From Octopus vulgaris (Eukaryota), in NCBI GenBank assembly GCA_951406725.2, contig OX597816.1, forward strand, positions 24,304,001 to 24,368,000: DNA of 64,000 bases. The letters run 5' to 3'. Of this stretch, positions 54,624-64,000 are shown in pieces. A program made the position numbers and the translations under genes. The notes under the pieces are model-generated. The model made no database searches, was not told where the DNA came from, and saw only the letters and a program-made list of their open reading frames with translations. Positions within the stretch are counted from its first letter, which is position 1; the number at the start of each line of letters is the position of its first letter.

Positions 54624-54854
54624 AAAGCACCCAAGATGCTAAGTGTGGGTGTTAAACCTGATGACGGACATCTGCTCTCTCTCCTTCACACACACACGGA
54701 CACACACACACAATGTCTCTCTCTCTTTCTCTCTTTCTCATTACCTTTCTTTCTCTCTCTCCCTCTCTCTCTCTCTCTTTCTGCTCCTCTCTACGTTTCT
54801 CTATGTTTTGCCAATTTAAACGACAAATACATTATTTCTTAAACTTTGCACTTA

Positions 54855-55000
<146 letters not shown>

Positions 55001-55006
55001 AATAAT

Positions 55007-55560
55007 GCCCTGATGCAGTACCAGGCAGTGGCTCTCATGGCTTCTGATCTTAACTGATTGGAAGTGTTATCATGTACATTGTTTTGTCTTGGTATAAAAG
55101 ATGGGCTACAGCAAATATTCTGCTCAATACCACAGATTTGTTTGTCAGTTGTTTGACCTTAACCAGTTGAGCATGTCCCTTAGTGGCTGACGATATGTTC
55201 ATCTCTGATCACGCGCAGAAGTAGTGGGGGAGCTTCATAGCCGTGTGTTGAGAGGGATTGTTAGGGGTTTGAATAATTCACCTCTGGAAACATGGGTGTT
55301 TCGTTCAACATCCTTAAACAACCCTTATTCAGGGGCCTTTCGAGTGGGATGGGTTACTCGACCTGAAGAAAATTCTAACTGGGCCCCACCTGCAAGGTCA
55401 TGTGCTGTTTATCTTGATATGAGATCACCATGTCGCGCACACATGGTTGTGATGCATGTGCCTAGTGTACCCTTATCAGACGGGTAGTCATGGTGGGTAT
55501 ACTGGGCTTCGTATATTTTACCCCAGTGTCACTTTGATGGCATGCATTGCTCTCTCACTC
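55007..55560 (+). mobile_element. ~550-bp (AAT)n-associated element, apparently full-length
   Basis: Long (AAT)n runs flank both sides; the element runs GCCCTGATGCAGTACC ... CTCTCTCACTC. Confidence 0.88.
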
Positions 55561-55604
<44 letters not shown>

Positions 55605-55625
55605 TGATGATGATGATGATGATGG

Positions 55626-55659
<34 letters not shown>

Positions 55660-55968
55660 AATAATAATAATGATAATGATAAAGAAGAAGAAATTATCAA
55701 AACTATTATAAAATGTGCATAATAGCAAACACCTTTTAAGATCGTAAGATTACACTATCATCTTTATCAGATTACTTTTAAAGCATACTTTGAAAACAAG
55801 CGTTTGATTTTCTTATGTTATGACAGATATACTCTAGAACAATAGTCTGTGCAAAACCAAAAATATGGTATCCTAGTGGTAGCATCAACTTGAACGTCTA
55901 ACTTGTCTCTTGAGGTCTCTGGGTGAGACTTGGAGTCAAATTGTACAAATAGAAAGCAAAAGACAAAC

Positions 55969-56059
<91 letters not shown>

Positions 56060-56063
<4 letters not shown>

Positions 56064-56204
56064 TGGAAATAATAAGGGCCGCAATAAGACTAGAGCACTT
56101 GCAGAAAAGGGCACTGCTTGGAACCACTCTAATACTCCGGAAGGTGCTCGAAAAATAATGAACTGCGATAGGTAAGCCCCAATATAGCGAGGGATTACTG
56201 TACA

Positions 56205-56276
<72 letters not shown>

Positions 56277-56937
56277 GTAATAATAATAATAATAATAGAT
56301 GATGATAATAATAAATCATGTACATTGTTTTGTCTTGGTATAAAAGATGGGCTACAGCAAATATTCTGCTCAATACCACAGATTTGCTTGTCACTTGTTT
56401 GACCTTAACCAGTTGAGCATATCCCATAGTGGCTGACAATATGTGCATCTCTGATCACGAGCAGAAGTAGTGAGGAAGCATCCTAGCCATGCGTTGAGAG
56501 GGATTCTTTGGGGTTTGGATAATTCACCTGGAAAAATGGTTGTTTCGTTCAACATCCTTAAACAATCCTTATTCAGGGACCTTTTGAACGGGATAGGCTA
56601 CTCGACCAGAAGAAAATTCTAACTGGGACCCACCTGCAAGGTCATGCGCTGTTTATCTTGATATGAGATTACCATGTCAGGCACATATAATTGTGATGCA
56701 CGTGCCTAGTGTATCCTTATCAGATTGGTAGTCATGATGGGTATACTGGGCTTCGTATATTTTACCCCAGTGTCACTTTGATGGCATGCATTGCCCTCTC
56801 ACTCAATAATGATAAAGTAACGTGGAACAAATAGAGGCTGCAATAAGGGTAGAGCACTTGCAGAATACTCCGGAAGGTGCTCGAAAAATAATGAACTGCG
56901 ATAGGTAATCCCCGATATGGCAAGAGATTATTGTACA

Positions 56938-56940
<3 letters not shown>
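56060..56940 (+). mobile_element. Nested R4/Dong-like LINE 3' ends (56060-56207, 56817-56940) and a truncated 550-bp element (56315-56804) within (AAT)n
   Basis: IRAAIRLEHLQKRALLGTTLILRKVLEK* plus a UTR ending TGTACATG-(AAT)n is present twice. Confidence 0.72.
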
Positions 56941-57023
<83 letters not shown>

Positions 57024-57048
57024 AAGAAGAAGAAGAAGAAGAAGAATG

Positions 57049-57122
<74 letters not shown>

Positions 57123-57144
57123 AAGAAGAAGAAGAAGAATGATG

Positions 57145-57264
<120 letters not shown>

Positions 57265-57386
57265 TCAACAACAACAGCGACAAATAAACTTATTCATAAT
57301 TATTATACCTGCTAATGATTAAGTTGTTTGTCATTCATAATTTTCGTTTTATTTCTTTCTTTTATTCTTTCTTTTAATCACCCTAG

Positions 57387-57596
57387 GCTGCTGTGATGCT
57401 GATGCACAATGACAAGATGGTAGTAACTATTTGGGCGGAAAGTATCCCTACTTGGTCCTCAGCCTCAGGTGGTGCCATATTGCACTTGAAACGCGGCGAC
57501 GAGGTGTGGTGCGAGGCTTTGCAGCGTGCTTCGTTTTTATCTGGATACCTGTATACTACATTCTCCGGCCACATTCTCTTTGCTGACGAAGAATAA
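57387..57596 (+). CDS. Collagen-C1q protein, coding exon 3 (C-terminal half of gC1q domain, stop)
   Basis: A long pyrimidine tract and cctAG acceptor (phase 0) open the exon. It encodes AAVMLMHND...[17 protein letters not shown]...[14 protein letters not shown], with the classic S-x-S-G-G-x-I-L-x-L-x-x-G-D-x-V-W and T-F-S-G motifs. The joined CDS is 289+209+210=708 nt = 235 aa + stop. Confidence 0.92.
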   Translation, partial: AAVMLMHNDKMVVTIWAESIPTWSSASGGAILHLKRGDEVWCEALQRASFLSGYLYTTFSGHILFADEE

Positions 57597-63130
<5,534 letters not shown>

Positions 63131-63349
63131 GTGTTTTTTGAGTTATTATTATTATAATTATTATTATTATTAACGGACAAAATGCTTAGCGGCATTTCGT
63201 CCGACCTTACATTCTGAGTTCAAATTCCGTCGAGGTCGACTTTGCTTTTCATCTTTTCGGGTTCGATAAATTAAGTACCAGCAGAATATAATCGACATTC
63301 CTCCTCCCAAAAAATATCAGGCTTTGTGCCTAAAGTAGGAAGGATTATG

Positions 63350-63382
<33 letters not shown>

Positions 63383-63413
63383 ATTAGTAGTGGTGGTAGT
63401 GGTGATGGTGGAG

Positions 63414-63467
<54 letters not shown>

Positions 63468-63469
63468 TT

Positions 63470-64000
63470 GAGTGAAAGAGTAGCACAATCCATCAGAGTG
63501 ATGCTAGGGTACAAATATACTCATCATGACCACCCATCTTATAAGGGTACACCAGGCACATGCATCACAAACATATGTGCGTGACATGGTGATCGCATAT
63601 CAAGATTAACAGCCTATGACCTTGCAGGTGGGTCCCAGTTAGAATTCTCTTCAGGTCGAGTAGCCCACTCAGCTCGAAAGGTCCTTGAATAAGGGTTGTT
63701 TAATGATGAACGAAACACCCATGTTTCCAGAGATGAAATATCCAAACTCCAAAGAATTCTTCTCAACACATGGTTATGATGCTCCCCTATTACCCCTGCT
63801 CGTGATCAGAGATGTACACATCGTCAGCTACTAAGAAACACGCTCAACTGGTTATGGTCAAACAATTAACAAGCAAATCTGTGGTATTGAGCAGAATATT
63901 TGCCGTAGCCCATCTTTTATACCAAGACAAAACAATGTACATGATAACACTTCCAATCGGTTAAGATCAGAAGCCATGAGAGCCACTGCCTGGTACTGCA
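63470..64000 (-). mobile_element. ~550-bp (AAT)n-associated element (runs to window edge)
   Basis: Reverse complement of the 55007-55560 sequence. Confidence 0.85.

Overview
AT-rich, microsatellite- and SINE-dense animal DNA. The repeat families strongly suggest an octopus (coleoid cephalopod) genome, which is an inference. One host gene is supported: a + strand secreted collagen-C1q-domain (C1q/TNF-related) protein of 235 aa in three coding exons (11799-12087, 53902-54110, 57387-57596). Its first coding intron is 41.8 kb, and it probably has a long 3' UTR. The rest is mobile-element debris: several tRNA-derived SINE families, four Tc1/mariner relics, a Helitron helicase fossil and a non-autonomous Helitron, MITEs, a solo LTR, RTE and R4/Dong-like LINE ends, and a ~550-bp (AAT)n-associated element. 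The most notable hidden signal is seven type I hammerhead-ribozyme-like motifs from five unrelated short (TA)n-associated Penelope-like repeats inside the big intron. Two of these sit in perfect 179-bp and 106-bp inverted repeats, and one arm ends within 2 nt of the predicted self-cleavage site. A 113-nt antisense piece of the 28S rRNA peptidyl-transferase centre is also inserted inside a mariner transposase. All structures were identified by eye; no searches or folding programs were run.
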